DNA of 64,000 bases from an uncultured Candidatus Rokubacteria bacterium (GCA_963840495.1 CAWIZN010000044.1:2055-66054); one strand, 5' to 3'; positions 1 through 9,743 are shown, counted from the stretch's first letter. Program-made: numbers and translations. The notes: generated from the sequence alone by a model not told the origin.

Positions 1-206
1 TCGTCGTTGACCTTCTTGAAGTAGGCGCCGAGAGCCTTGCCGATGGTGCCGTAGGCCGAGGCGGGGCCGCTGTACGGGTTGGTGTTGCCGATCTTGATCT
101 CGGTGGGGGTGACGCCGACGACCGTCTGGGCCGCCGTGCCGCCGGGAGCCGCCAGGGCGAACCCGACGGCGAGCAGCAGGGCCACGAACCGCGTGGAGAG
201 ACTCAT
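1..206 (-). CDS. Branched-chain amino-acid ABC transporter substrate-binding protein (LivJ/LivK-like), N-terminal part only; gene continues beyond window start
   Basis: Reverse-strand ATG at 206-204. My own translation is MSLSTRFVALLLAVGFALAAPGGTAAQTVVGVTPTEIKIGNTNPYSGPASAYGTIGKALGAYFKKVND, a signal peptide plus LivK-type N-terminus. It lies directly downstream of livM in the same orientation. Confidence 0.7.
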   Translation of the reverse strand, partial: MSLSTRFVALLLAVGFALAAPGGTAAQTVVGVTPTEIKIGNTNPYSGPASAYGTIGKALGAYFKKVND

Positions 207-268
207 GTGTGCCTCCTGTTCAGGTTGAGGATGGTGCACCGTGCCCGGGGCGCGAGATCGCCCGCGCC

Positions 269-1321
269 TCACCGGGGGTTCCCTCTAGGAACGCGTGGCC
301 GGGTCATCCGGATCCAGGCCAGGCGGCAGAAGCCGGCGATGCCCCGGGGCATCACGTACATGAACACGATGAGGAAGATGCCGAAGATGGCCCAGGGCGC
401 GGCCTTGGAGATGTCCTGGGCCCAGTTCGGCACGAACTGGATGAACAGCGCCCCGAAGATCGCCCCGGAGATCGTCGCGAGGCCGCCGATGACGATGCCG
501 GTCAGCAAGGTGATCGACAGGAAGACGTTGAACGAATCCGGGGCGACGAACGCGATGGCCACGGCGGAGAGCGCCCCCGCGACGCCCGTGTAGGCCGCGC
601 TCACCCCGAACACGGTCGACTTGTAGAGCGCGCTGTCGATCCCCATCGCCTCCGCGGCGATGTGGTTGTCGCGGATCGCCACGATCGCGCGCCCGCTGCG
701 TCCGCGCAGGAGGTTCCAGGCAAGGGCGAAGAGCACGAGAGCGACGCCCAGGGTGACGAAGTACAGCCACTGGTCCTCGGAAAGCCGGAGGCCGAAGGGC
801 GCCTTGGGCTTGCTCAGCACGATGCCTTGAGAGCCGCCCGTCCAGTGCTCGAAGTACTTCAAGATCTGCGGCACGGCGAGGGCGAGCGCGAACGTGGCGA
901 GCGCCAGGTAGAGTCCCTCGAGCCGAAGCGCGGGTCGCCCGAACAGGAAGCCCACCACGAGACAGACAATGCCGGCCACGGGAATGGTCCAGCCATACGC
1001 GATGTCCCACTTGTCGATCATGATCGCGGTGGTATAGGCGCCGATGGCGTAGAAGGCCCCGTGACCGAGGGAGATCTGCCCGTTGTAGCCGGTGAGCATG
1101 TTGAGGCCCAGCAACGCGATGGCGTAGATCAGGACCTGGGTGAACTGGAACAGGCGGAAGTTGCTCATCGTGAACGGCAGCGTCACCGCCACGACGAGGA
1201 AGACGACGAGCGCGGCGATCGGTGCGTACCGCGCGGCGAGCGCGGCCCATCCGGCCGGCGCCGCGCGGTCCACGCGCGGCGCCGCCTTCGTGGCCGTCCC
1301 TCCGCCCGCCGGGTACTCCAT
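269..1321 (-). CDS. livM: Branched-chain amino-acid ABC transporter permease LivM
   Basis: 350-aa ORF, multi-TM, with the LivM-type core NMLTGYNGQISLGHGAFYAIGAYTTA. Sits 4 nt downstream of livH. Confidence 0.85.
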   Translation of the reverse strand: MEYPAGGGTATKAAPRVDRAAPAGWAALAARYAPIAALVVFLVVAVTLPFTMSNFRLFQFTQVLIYAIALLGLNMLTGYNGQISLGHGAFYAIGAYTTAIMIDKWDIAYGWTIPVAGIVCLVVGFLFGRPALRLEGLYLALATFALALAVPQILKYFEHWTGGSQGIVLSKPKAPFGLRLSEDQWLYFVTLGVALVLFALAWNLLRGRSGRAIVAIRDNHIAAEAMGIDSALYKSTVFGVSAAYTGVAGALSAVAIAFVAPDSFNVFLSITLLTGIVIGGLATISGAIFGALFIQFVPNWAQDISKAAPWAIFGIFLIVFMYVMPRGIAGFCRLAWIRMTRPRVPRGNPR

Positions 1322-1325
1322 CGCG

Positions 1326-2207
1326 TTACACCCGCCGCACCGTCGTGCGGCCGAAGAGGCCGCTCGGCTTGACGAGCAGGACGATGATGATCATGGCGAG
1401 GGCGACGGTGAGCTTGAGCTCCGTCCCGATGAAGGACACGTAGGTGCCGACCAGGTTCTCGGTCACGCCCACGAGGAAGCCGCCGACCACGGCCCCGACC
1501 GGGCTCGTGAACCCGCCCACCGTCGCCGCCGCGAAGGCGTAGAGCTGGATCCCCCCCATCATGTTGGGCTCGAGGGTGAGATTGGGCGCGATCATGAGCC
1601 CCGCCACCGCGCCGAACACCGCGGCGAGCCCCCAGCCGAGGCCGAGCATCCAGCTCACGCGGATCCCGCAGAGGCGGCTCGACACAGGGTTCTGAGCGGC
1701 CGCCCGCATGGCGAGGCCGAGCGTCGTGTAGCGGAAGAAGAGGAAGAGCAGGAGGAGGCCGACCAGGGTGATGCCAATCTCGCCGAGGTCGTGGGCGCCG
1801 AAGAAGATATTGCCGAGCTTGATGGGCTTGCCCGGGAACGGGCTCGGGAAGGGCTTCTGGATATAGGAGTAGATCCAGCCGGCCATGCTGTTCAGGATCA
1901 CCAAGAGGCCGAGGGTGACGATGACGATGGTGAGGATGGGCGCGTCCTCGACGGGCCGGATCACCACGCGCTCGATGACGAGACCGCCCACGAAGGCGAT
2001 GGCGAGCGTGGCAAAGAACGCGAGCCAGTACGGCAGGCCCGCCTGCAGCATCGACCAGGCGAGGTAGGTGCTGAACATCGCCATCTCCCCCTGGGCGAAG
2101 TTCACCACGTCCGTCGCCTGGTAGATCATCACGAGGGCCAGGGCCAGGGCCGCGTAGATGCCGCCGGTCGCGAGACCCGAGACCACCTGCTGGATGAAGA
2201 TGTCCAT
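1326..2207 (-). CDS. livH: Branched-chain amino-acid ABC transporter permease LivH
   Basis: ATG at 2207-2205 within track ORF 1326..3464. Only the last 293 aa look coding (MDIFIQQVVSGLATGGIYAALALALVMIYQATDVVNFAQGEM...); upstream of that the ORF is Arg/Gly-rich noise overlapping livF/livG. Confidence 0.85.
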   Translation of the reverse strand: MDIFIQQVVSGLATGGIYAALALALVMIYQATDVVNFAQGEMAMFSTYLAWSMLQAGLPYWLAFFATLAIAFVGGLVIERVVIRPVEDAPILTIVIVTLGLLVILNSMAGWIYSYIQKPFPSPFPGKPIKLGNIFFGAHDLGEIGITLVGLLLLFLFFRYTTLGLAMRAAAQNPVSSRLCGIRVSWMLGLGWGLAAVFGAVAGLMIAPNLTLEPNMMGGIQLYAFAAATVGGFTSPVGAVVGGFLVGVTENLVGTYVSFIGTELKLTVALAMIIIVLLVKPSGLFGRTTVRRV

Positions 2208-2211
2208 TACG

Positions 2212-2300
2212 CTCGGAGGGGGGCTCCGCCCCCCTTCCGAAACCTCCCCCCTCCGCAGATTGCGCCGGCGAAGCCGGCGCTCGAAGCGGAACCTATCCGG
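2212..2300. repeat. GC-rich intergenic repeat family A, copy 1 (livF-livH spacer)
   Basis: CTCGGAGGGGGGCTCCGCCCCCCTTCCGAAACCTCCCCCCTCCGCAGATTGCGCCGGCGAAGCCGGCGCTCGAAGCGG. It aligns with 31974-32071 and with the reverse complement of 6027-6118. It contains two hairpins (GGAGGGGG..CCCCCTTCC and GCGCCGGC-GAA-GCCGGCGC). Confidence 0.8.
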
Positions 2301-2338
2301 CTCAGTGGTCGGCTCATGATGGTCTGTCACGGTCCTCC

Positions 2339-3052
2339 TCAGTAACCCAGGTACGAGCGCCGGATGGCGTCGTCCTTCTTGAGCTCGTCGGCCCGGCCCG
2401 ACATCACCACGCGGCCGGTCTCGAGCAGATACGCCTGGTCGGCCAGGTCGAGCGCCATGGCGGCATTCTGCTCCACGAGGAGCACGCTCACGCCCTCCTC
2501 GCGGTTGATCGTCCGCACGATGCGGAAGATGTCTCGCACGATCAGCGGCGCCAGACCGAGGGACGGCTCGTCGAGCAGGAGCAGGCGCGGGCCCGACATG
2601 AGCGCGCGGGCCACCGCGAGCATCTGCTGCTCGCCGCCGCTCAGGGTGCCGGCCTGCTGGCGCCGGCGCTCGGCGAGCACGGGGAAGTACTGGTACACCT
2701 TCTCGAAGGCGCCCCCGAGGCCCCACCGGTCGCGGCGGGCATACGCCCCGAGCCGCAGGTTCTCCTCGACGGTGAGGTCGACGAAGGTGCCGCGGCCCTC
2801 GGGCGTATGGGCGATGCCGAGGCGAACGATGTTCTCCGTCGTCTTCCCGTCGATCCGCTGGCCGTCGAAGCGCACCTCGCCGGAGGTCTTGACCATGGCG
2901 CAGACCGCGCGGAGCGTGGTCGTCTTGCCCGCGCCATTGGCGCCGAGGATGGTGGTGATGCCGCCCGCTTCCACGGCGAAGCGGAGCCCGTGGAGGACCT
3001 TGGTGCTGCCGTATTGCGCGTGGAGGTCGTCGGCCTCGAGGATCGCGGGCAC
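2339..3052 (-). CDS. livF: Branched-chain amino-acid ABC transporter ATP-binding protein LivF
   Basis: 237 aa with Walker A GANGAGKTT, signature LSGGEQQML and Walker B LLLLDEPS. Confidence 0.9.
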   Translation of the reverse strand: MPAILEADDLHAQYGSTKVLHGLRFAVEAGGITTILGANGAGKTTTLRAVCAMVKTSGEVRFDGQRIDGKTTENIVRLGIAHTPEGRGTFVDLTVEENLRLGAYARRDRWGLGGAFEKVYQYFPVLAERRRQQAGTLSGGEQQMLAVARALMSGPRLLLLDEPSLGLAPLIVRDIFRIVRTINREEGVSVLLVEQNAAMALDLADQAYLLETGRVVMSGRADELKKDDAIRRSYLGY

Positions 3053-3055
3053 GGA

Positions 3056-3838
3056 TCAGTTCTCGCTGCCGAGGTACGCGCGGATCACTTCGGGGTCGCG
3101 CTGCACCTCGGCGGGCGCGCCCTCGGCGATCTTCTTGCCGAAGTCGAGCACGACCACGCGGTCGGAGACCTGCATCACCAGGCTCATGTGGTGCTCGACG
3201 AGCAGCACGCTCACCCCTCGCCGCTCGCGGATCGAGCGCAGGATGGCGCCCACCGCGCCGACTTCCTCGTGGTTCAGGCCGCCCGCGGGCTCGTCCACGA
3301 GGAGGAGCTTGGGCTGACCCGCGAGGGCCCGCGCCAGCTCGACGCGCTTCAAGGTGCCGAACGGCAGGCCCGCCGCGGGATGCCCGGCGACGGCCTCCAG
3401 CTCGAGGAAGGCGATGATCTCCATGGCCGCCTCGCGCATGTGCCGCTCTTCCCGGGTGACCCACGGCAATCGCAGCGCATTGCTGAGGAAGTCGCTGTGC
3501 GTCCGCGCGTGCACGCCGACCATCACGTTCTGCAGCACGCTCAGCGTCGGGAAGAGCGCGAGGTTCTGGAAGGTGCGGCCGATGCCCAGCGCGGCCACGT
3601 GATGCGGGGTGTCCCTCACGATGGACTGCCCCTCGAAGAGGACGTCGCCCGCGCTCGGCGTGTAGAGCCGGCTCACGCAGTTGAACAGCGTGGTCTTGCC
3701 CGCGCCATTGGGGCCGATGAGGCCGACGATATGCCCCGGGGCCATGTCGAAGGACACCGCGTCGAGCGCCACGATGCCGCCGAAGCGCATCGAGACGTCG
3801 CGGACGGCCAGCAGCGGTGTGGATGCGAGCGGCCCCAT
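3056..3838 (-). CDS. livG: Branched-chain amino-acid ABC transporter ATP-binding protein LivG
   Basis: ATG at 3838-3836 inside track ORF 3056..4054 (an alternative start is 3880). Walker [13 protein letters not shown], Walker B LLLVDEPAGGL, and the LivG-type C-terminus PEVIRAYLG. Confidence 0.85.
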   Translation of the reverse strand: MGPLASTPLLAVRDVSMRFGGIVALDAVSFDMAPGHIVGLIGPNGAGKTTLFNCVSRLYTPSAGDVLFEGQSIVRDTPHHVAALGIGRTFQNLALFPTLSVLQNVMVGVHARTHSDFLSNALRLPWVTREERHMREAAMEIIAFLELEAVAGHPAAGLPFGTLKRVELARALAGQPKLLLVDEPAGGLNHEEVGAVGAILRSIRERRGVSVLLVEHHMSLVMQVSDRVVVLDFGKKIAEGAPAEVQRDPEVIRAYLGSEN

Positions 3839-3964
3839 TGCCCTCCAGATCTCCCCGACACGAGCGCTCCGAGGGAGCATGTCGGCGTGACGTACCTTTC
3901 GCGTGGCATCTAGTTTATAGAGAGTGGTCCCGTCTTTTGTCAATTCTAAAGAACACTTCCCCGG

Positions 3965-3970
3965 TATAAT
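3965..3970 (+). promoter_or_regulatory. Candidate -10 hexamer (TATAAT) in the AT-richer liv/ettA divergent spacer
   Basis: Perfect TATAAT about 80 nt upstream of the ettA ATG. The only TTGTCA-like -35 (3937-3942) is 22 nt away, which is too far, so this is weak. Confidence 0.2.
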
Positions 3971-4052
3971 CCCGGGATGGCAGGCCCGGTTCCCGGGTCG
4001 AGCCCAGGCCGCGTCGAGCACCGAACCCAACGCACCGAATTCGGGGAGATCC

Positions 4053-5732
4053 ATGGCTCATCAGTTCATCTTCACCATGAAGGACCTCAGAAAGATCGTT
4101 CCTCCCAAGCGGGAGATCTTGAAGGGCATCTGGCTTTCCTTCTATCCCGGCGCCAAGATCGGCGTGCTCGGCTCGAACGGGGCGGGCAAGAGCACGCTCC
4201 TGCGCATCATGGCGGGCGTGGACCAGGACTTCCTCGGCGAGGCGCGGCCGGCCGACGGCATCAAGATCGGCTATCTGCCCCAGGAGCCGCGCCTGGACCC
4301 CGCCAAGGACGTGCGCGGCAACGTCGAAGAAGGCGTGGGCGAGGTGCGGGGGCTCCTGACGCGCTTCGACGAGATCAATGCCCGCCTCGGCGAGCCGATG
4401 GACGGCGACCAGATGGAGAAGCTGCTCGAGGAGCAGGCCCGGGTGCAGGACGCCATCGAGGCCGCCAATGGCTGGGATCTGGACCGCACCGTCGAGATCG
4501 CCATGGACGCCCTGCGCGTTCCCCCGGGGGATGCCGACATCGCGACGCTGTCGGGCGGCGAGGTCCGCCGCGTGGCCCTGTGCCGCCTCTTGCTGCAGAA
4601 GCCGGACATGCTGCTCCTCGACGAGCCGACGAACCACCTGGACGCGGAATCCGTGGCCTGGCTCGAGCGCTACCTCAAGGAGTATCCGGGCACGGTCGTC
4701 GCCATCACCCATGATCGGTACTTCCTCGACAATGTCGCGGGCTGGATCCTCGAGCTGGACCGGGGGGCGGGCATCCCCTGGGAGGGGAACTACACCTCCT
4801 GGCTCGATCAGAAGCAGCAGCGGCTGGCCCAGGAGGACAAGCAGGACAAGGCGCGGCAGCGGACGCTCGAGCGGGAGCTCGAGTGGGTGCGGATGTCGCC
4901 GCGCGCGCGCCAGGCGAAGTCCAAGGCGCGGCTGGCCTCCTACGAGGAGCTGCTCGCCGAGGACCGGCGCGAGCGCGACGGCACGGCCGAGATCATCATC
5001 CCGACGCCTCCGCGCCTCGGCGACCTCGTGGTGCAGGCGGAGAACCTCGGCAAGGGCTACGGCGATCGGCTGCTCATCGATGACCTCACCTTCAGCCTGC
5101 CGCGGGGCGGCATCGTCGGCGTCATCGGCCCGAACGGCGCGGGCAAGACGACGCTGTTCCGCATGATCATCGGCCAGGAGAAGCCCGACAGCGGCGCGCT
5201 GCGCGTCGGCGAGTCGGTGAGCCTGTCCTACGTGGACCAGAGCCGGGATTCCCTCGATCCCGCCAAGAACGTGTGGGAGGAGATCTCGGGCGGCCAGGAG
5301 CAGCTCCAGCTCGGCACCCGGCAGATCGCCTCGCGCGCCTACGTCGCCTCGTTCAACTTCAAGGGCTCCGATCAGCAGAAGCGGGTGGGCGACCTCTCGG
5401 GCGGCGAGCGGAACCGCCTCCACCTCGCGGTGATGCTCAAGAGCGGGGGCAATCTCCTGCTCCTCGACGAGCCCACCAATGACCTCGACGTGGACACGCT
5501 GCGCGCGCTGGAAGACGCGCTGCTGGGCTTCGCGGGGTGCGCCGTCGTCATCAGCCACGACCGGTGGTTCCTCAACCGGATCGCGACGCACATGCTCGCC
5601 TTCGAGGGCGAGAGCCGGGTGGTGTGGTACGAGGGCAACTACGAGGACTACGAGGCCGACCGCAAGAAGCGCCTCGGCGCCGCCGCCGAGCAGCCCCACC
5701 GCATCCGCTACAAGCCGCTCACGCGTCGCTGA
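4053..5732 (+). CDS. ettA: ABC-F translation factor EttA (energy-dependent translational throttle)
   Basis: ATG 4053 inside track ORF 3924..5732, N-terminus [26 protein letters not shown]. Two ABC cassettes ([29 protein letters not shown] and [29 protein letters not shown]) and no TM segments. Confidence 0.9.
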   Translation: MAHQFIFTMKDLRKIVPPKREILKGIWLSFYPGAKIGVLGSNGAGKSTLLRIMAGVDQDFLGEARPADGIKIGYLPQEPRLDPAKDVRGNVEEGVGEVRGLLTRFDEINARLGEPMDGDQMEKLLEEQARVQDAIEAANGWDLDRTVEIAMDALRVPPGDADIATLSGGEVRRVALCRLLLQKPDMLLLDEPTNHLDAESVAWLERYLKEYPGTVVAITHDRYFLDNVAGWILELDRGAGIPWEGNYTSWLDQKQQRLAQEDKQDKARQRTLERELEWVRMSPRARQAKSKARLASYEELLAEDRRERDGTAEIIIPTPPRLGDLVVQAENLGKGYGDRLLIDDLTFSLPRGGIVGVIGPNGAGKTTLFRMIIGQEKPDSGALRVGESVSLSYVDQSRDSLDPAKNVWEEISGGQEQLQLGTRQIASRAYVASFNFKGSDQQKRVGDLSGGERNRLHLAVMLKSGGNLLLLDEPTNDLDVDTLRALEDALLGFAGCAVVISHDRWFLNRIATHMLAFEGESRVVWYEGNYEDYEADRKKRLGAAAEQPHRIRYKPLTRR

Positions 5733-5742
5733 CCGCGCGCTT

Positions 5743-5971
5743 GCCCGCATGATTCGCGAACGCGCAACGCGCGCGGCGGGCGGGTGACGCGGCGGGGGCC
5801 GGGGGATGGGTCCTCCGACCACCGCCGACTTCGTACCGGTCACCGGGGAGCCGTTCCCACTCCTCGGCCGCTGTGTCGTCGTGCGCGGTGCGGGAAGGGC
5901 TCTGAGGACCATCCCCGGCCCCGCCGCGTCACCCGCCCGGTCACCTCATGCGCATTCGCGATCATGCGGGC
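5743..5971. repeat. Long imperfect palindrome (about 70-bp arms, about 85-bp spacer) downstream of ettA
   Basis: The left arm GCCCGCATGATTCGCGAACGCGCA...GGGCGGGTGACGCGGCGGGGGCCGGGGGATGG (5743-5816) pairs with the right arm CCATCCCCGGCCCCGCCGCGTCACCCGCCC...TGCGCATTCGCGATCATGCGGGC (5903-5971). Confidence 0.75.
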
Positions 5972-6026
5972 GAGCGCCCACAGCGCGGGCCGTCGCGAGG
6001 CGGTTCGTTCGGAATAGTGAAGCCAG

Positions 6027-6118
6027 GTGTCGGAGTAACCGCTGTTCGAGCGCCGGCTTCGCCGGCGCAATCCGCTGTTCGGGGGAGGCATCGGAAGGGG
6101 GCGGAGCCCCCTCCGAGT
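6027..6118. repeat. Repeat family A, copy 2 (inverted orientation)
   Basis: The reverse complement reads ACTCGGAGGGGGCTCCGCCCCCTTCCGATGCCTCCCCCGAACAGCGGATTGCGCCGGCGAAGCCGGCGCTCGAACAGCGGTTACTCCGACAC. This is almost identical to 31974-32071. Confidence 0.85.
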
Positions 6119-6120
6119 TT

Positions 6121-6372
6121 CTAGAAGGTGAGGGCGCCGATTCGGTAGTAGCCGACCATCTGCCACAGCAAGCCCGCGATGAAGGCGGCGACGCCGACCG
6201 CGCGGAGCCCGCGCCAGGCCGTGGGCTTCGGCGTGCCGCGGAGCCACTGCTCTTCCGCGACGGACGACCAGACGCCTGCCACCAGCAAGAGGACGACGCC
6301 GCCCGCGGTGAGAAACCAGCCCGCGATGATGTTCGCGACGAATGACGGGTCGAAGAAGATTGGCGGGTGCAT
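6121..6372 (-). CDS. Small hypothetical membrane protein (2 predicted TM)
   Basis: 83-aa ORF with two hydrophobic stretches (IIAGWFLTAGGVVLLLVAGVW, AVGVAAFIAGLLWQMVGYY). No family recognised. Confidence 0.4.
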   Translation of the reverse strand: MHPPIFFDPSFVANIIAGWFLTAGGVVLLLVAGVWSSVAEEQWLRGTPKPTAWRGLRAVGVAAFIAGLLWQMVGYYRIGALTF

Positions 6373-6435
6373 CGGCTCCTCGTTCAGCCGGCGTGTTTGG
6401 CCGCGTGCGGGTTGGTCGTCATCGGGCTCGGTGTC

Positions 6436-7203
6436 TCAGCGCGGCTGCATGCGGATGGCGCCGTCGAGCCGGATCGTCTCGCCGTTCAGCATGGCGTTCT
6501 CCATGATGTGGGCGGCGAGGGCGGCGTACTCGGCGGGCTGGCCGAGCCGCGACGGGAAGGGCACCTGCTTGCCGAGCGACGCCCGCGCCGCCTCCGGCAA
6601 GCCGGCGAGCAGCGGCGTGTCGAAGAGCCCGGGCGCGATCGTGCACACGCGGATGCCGAGCTCGGCCAGGTCGCGCGCGATGGGCAGCGTCATGCCGACG
6701 ATGCCGCCCTTCGAGGCGGAATAGGCGGCCTGGCCGATCTGGCCGTCGAAGGCGGCCACCGAGGCGGTATTGACGATGACCCCGCGCTCGCCCTCGGCAT
6801 TCGGCGCATTCTCCGCCATCCGCGCGGCCGCGAGCCGGATGCAGTTGAACGTGCCGATCAGGTTGACCTGGATGACCCGCGTGAAGCCCGCGAGGTCGGC
6901 CGAGCCGCGCTTGCCGAAGGTCTTGTCGGCGGTGCCGATCCCCGCGCAGTTGACGAGGCCCTGGAGGCCCCCGAAGCGCTTGACCGCGGCCTCGAGCGCG
7001 GCGGATACGTCGTCGGCGCTGGTCACGTCCCCCGGCGCGAACAGGGCGCCCTCGCCGAGCGTGGCGGCCACGTCGGCACCGGGTGATTTCGCGAGGTCGA
7101 GGAGCACGACATTTCCGCCCGCCGCGCGGATCCGCTCCGCCGTGGCCCGCCCGAGCCCGGAGGCGCCGCCCGTGATGAGGGTGGTCGAGCCCGCGATCTT
7201 CAT
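6436..7203 (-). CDS. Short-chain dehydrogenase, 3-hydroxyacyl-CoA dehydrogenase type-2-like
   Basis: 255 aa with Rossmann [14 protein letters not shown] and catalytic YSASKGG. Confidence 0.8.
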   Translation of the reverse strand: MKIAGSTTLITGGASGLGRATAERIRAAGGNVVLLDLAKSPGADVAATLGEGALFAPGDVTSADDVSAALEAAVKRFGGLQGLVNCAGIGTADKTFGKRGSADLAGFTRVIQVNLIGTFNCIRLAAARMAENAPNAEGERGVIVNTASVAAFDGQIGQAAYSASKGGIVGMTLPIARDLAELGIRVCTIAPGLFDTPLLAGLPEAARASLGKQVPFPSRLGQPAEYAALAAHIMENAMLNGETIRLDGAIRMQPR

Positions 7204-7274
7204 GCTGCCTCCCGTGTGAGCAAGCGGTTTGCTGACGGATGTCGGCCGTCGGCGGCGTAGTATAACAGACCTCT

Positions 7275-8411
7275 ATGGACCTGCCCCGGTGGATCAAGAC
7301 GCCCGAGGAGATCGCCGCGCTGGCCGCCGCCCTCGAGGGCGCCGCCACCGTGGCCATCGACACCGAAGCCGACAGCCTGCACCACTATCCCGGCAAGCTC
7401 TGCCTCGTCCAGGTGGCGTCCGACCGCGGGCAGGCCCACCTGATCGATCCGCTCGCGCTGCCCTCGCTGCTGGCGCTCGGGCCGCTCTGCGCGGATCCCG
7501 CCACGGTCAAGGTGCTCCACGCGGCGGAGAACGATCTGGCCTATCTCAAGCGCCTCTACGGCTTCAGCTTCGTCTCGCTCTTCGACACCGCGCTCGCCGC
7601 GCGCTTGCTCGGCGTGGCCGCGCTCAGCCTCGACGGTCTGCTCGCCCAGTTCCTCGAGCTGACGCCGGTCAAGTCGCGGCAGAAGGACGACTGGTCGCGC
7701 CGGCCGCTCAGCGCCGAGCAGGAGGCCTACGCCCTGAACGACGTGCTCCACCTGGGCGACCTGCGCGCGCGGCTCATCGATGAGCTCGTCGCCAAGGGCC
7801 GCCTCGAGTGGGTCGAGGAGGAGTGCGCGGCGCTCGCGGCGTCGAGCCTGCCCGAGAGGGTCATCGACCCCGACGCCTATCTCAAGCTCAAGGGTGCGAA
7901 GGATCTCGACCAGCGCGGCTGGGGCGTCCTGCGCGAGCTGTATCAGATGCGCGAGGCCATGGCCCTTCGGCTCGATCGGCCGCCGTTCATGATCGTGGGC
8001 AATGAGAGCCTGGTCGCGCTGGCCGCCAAGCGTCCCCGAACGATGGAGGACGTGCTCGCCGTGCCCGGGTGCAGCCAGAGTGTCGTGCGCCGCGCCGGCG
8101 CCGCCATCCTCGACGCGGTGGCGCGGGGCGAGAGCCTCGCCGCCGACGAATTGCCCGTGCGCCGGCCCGCCCCTCGGCCCGTGTTCTCCGCGGCGGTGCG
8201 GCGGCGCGCGGAGGCGCTCCGGGTGTGGCGGGCCAAGGCGGCGCAGGACATCGCGCTCGATCCGGGCGTGCTCTTCCCCCAGCGGGTGATCGACCGGCTG
8301 GCCGCCGACCCGCCGCGCGACCTCGCCGGCCTCGAGCAGGTCGAAGGCGTCCGCCGCTGGCGCACCAAGCTCTTCGGCGGCGACCTCCTGAACGTCCTCG
8401 CGTCCGCCTAG
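7275..8411 (+). CDS. rnd: Ribonuclease D
   Basis: 378 aa with DEDD exonuclease motifs (VAIDTEADSLHHY, HAAENDL, YALNDVLHL) followed by an HRDC-like C-terminal region. Confidence 0.85.
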   Translation: MDLPRWIKTPEEIAALAAALEGAATVAIDTEADSLHHYPGKLCLVQVASDRGQAHLIDPLALPSLLALGPLCADPATVKVLHAAENDLAYLKRLYGFSFVSLFDTALAARLLGVAALSLDGLLAQFLELTPVKSRQKDDWSRRPLSAEQEAYALNDVLHLGDLRARLIDELVAKGRLEWVEEECAALAASSLPERVIDPDAYLKLKGAKDLDQRGWGVLRELYQMREAMALRLDRPPFMIVGNESLVALAAKRPRTMEDVLAVPGCSQSVVRRAGAAILDAVARGESLAADELPVRRPAPRPVFSAAVRRRAEALRVWRAKAAQDIALDPGVLFPQRVIDRLAADPPRDLAGLEQVEGVRRWRTKLFGGDLLNVLASA

Positions 8412-8747
8412 CAGCGCATGCAGGGCCCATCGGCGAAGCCGTGCTCGGCAGCCGTCGGGCGACGCCGGCTGGAGCGAGGAGATGGGTCTCCACGCTGCCG
8501 ACGTGCCGGTCACCCGGAGCGCCGCCTCGGCGCTGAGTCGTCGTCGCTCTGGCTGGAAGTTGAGTCCGACGCCGTCCGAGCGCGCGCCGCACCCCGCAGA
8601 TGGGCCCTTGCTCATCGCTGCGAGCGGAGCCTCGTCGCAGCGCGCCTTGCCTGCGCGCGCCTGCGGTGGTAGTCCGGAGATGTCGCCCCCGCATGGGCGC
8701 CAACGAGGCAGCGGGGCCCGGTCCGGCCCGCTGCAGAGGAGGGAGCT

Positions 8748-9701
8748 ATGACCTCCGATTCGCGCTACGTCCGCGAAGGCATCATCGCCGGGCTCATCGG
8801 AGCCGCCATCGTCGCCGTGTGGTTCCTGATCTATGACGCGGCCCGGGGCCGCCCGCTCCGAACGCCGGCACTCCTCGGCGCGGCGACCTTCCAGGGCGTG
8901 GCCGACCCCGCCGCCGTGCCGGTCACGACCAACCTCGTCGTGCAGTACTCGGTGCTCCACGGCGTGGTGTTCGCGATGATCGGCGTGCTCATCGCCTATC
9001 TGATCGTCTCGTCCCAGCGCGAGCCGAGCCGCCTGCTGATCATGTTCATCGCGCTCATGTGCTTCGAGGTCTTCTTCCTGGCCGTGCTCGTCTGGCTCGC
9101 CCGTCCCGTCCTCGGCGAGGTGGCCTGGTGGAGCATCCTCGGCGCCAATGCCCTCGCGGCGCTCGGCATGCTCGTGTATTTCTTCGTGGGCCATCGCGCC
9201 CTCGGGCGCGAGCTGCTCGGGCCGTGGACGCGCGTCGCCCGGGAAGGGGTGCTCGCGGGGCTGGCGGGCGCGGCCGCCGTCGCGGCGTGGTTCCTGCTCT
9301 ACGATCTCGCCGCCGGCTTGCCCTTCCGCACCCCGGCGCTCCTGGGCGCGGCGCTCTTCCACGGGCTGCGCGATCCGAGCGCGCTCGTGATCACGTGGAA
9401 AGGCGTGCTGCAGTACACGGTGGTCCACGTGCTGGCCTTCGCCATCTTCGGCTGGCTGGCCGCCGGCCTCCTCGCCCTCGCGGACCGCGAGCCCCGGCTC
9501 CTGTTCGGCTTCGTCATGCTCTTCTGCTGCTTCGAGGTGTTCTTCTTCGCGATGGTGGCCGCGCTGGCGGAATGGCTGTTCGCCTCCCTGGCGTGGTGGA
9601 CCATCCTCGCGGGCAACCTGCTCGCCGCCCTCGTGATGCTGGCCGTCTTCTTCCGCGGGCATCGCGTGGCCTGGCGCGAGTTCCTCGCCGCCCCTCGCTG
9701 A
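8748..9701 (+). CDS. Hypothetical 8-TM membrane protein made of two tandem homologous halves
   Basis: GGAGGGAG RBS before the ATG. Residues ~6-155 and ~160-310 align (REGIIAGLIGAAIVAVWFLIYDAARGRPLRTPALLGAA.. against REGVLAGLAGAAAVAAWFLLYDLAAGLPFRTPALLGAA..; ..CFEVFFLA.. against ..CFEVFFFA..). Confidence 0.7.
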   Translation: MTSDSRYVREGIIAGLIGAAIVAVWFLIYDAARGRPLRTPALLGAATFQGVADPAAVPVTTNLVVQYSVLHGVVFAMIGVLIAYLIVSSQREPSRLLIMFIALMCFEVFFLAVLVWLARPVLGEVAWWSILGANALAALGMLVYFFVGHRALGRELLGPWTRVAREGVLAGLAGAAAVAAWFLLYDLAAGLPFRTPALLGAALFHGLRDPSALVITWKGVLQYTVVHVLAFAIFGWLAAGLLALADREPRLLFGFVMLFCCFEVFFFAMVAALAEWLFASLAWWTILAGNLLAALVMLAVFFRGHRVAWREFLAAPR

Positions 9702-9743
9702 CGCCCGGCTTCCGCGCGCGCCGGTGTGGGTAGTTTGGCCACC

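Noticed and set aside
3915-5912. 665-aa minus-strand ORF antisense to ettA
   Set aside because: It is a shadow ORF. Its composition is Arg/Ala/Gly/Leu-rich with no motifs, whereas the plus strand encodes a textbook ABC-F protein.
7200-9662. 820-aa minus-strand ORF spanning rnd and the duplicated membrane protein
   Set aside because: It is an antisense shadow of two well-supported plus-strand genes. It has no domain signatures and crosses an intergenic region.
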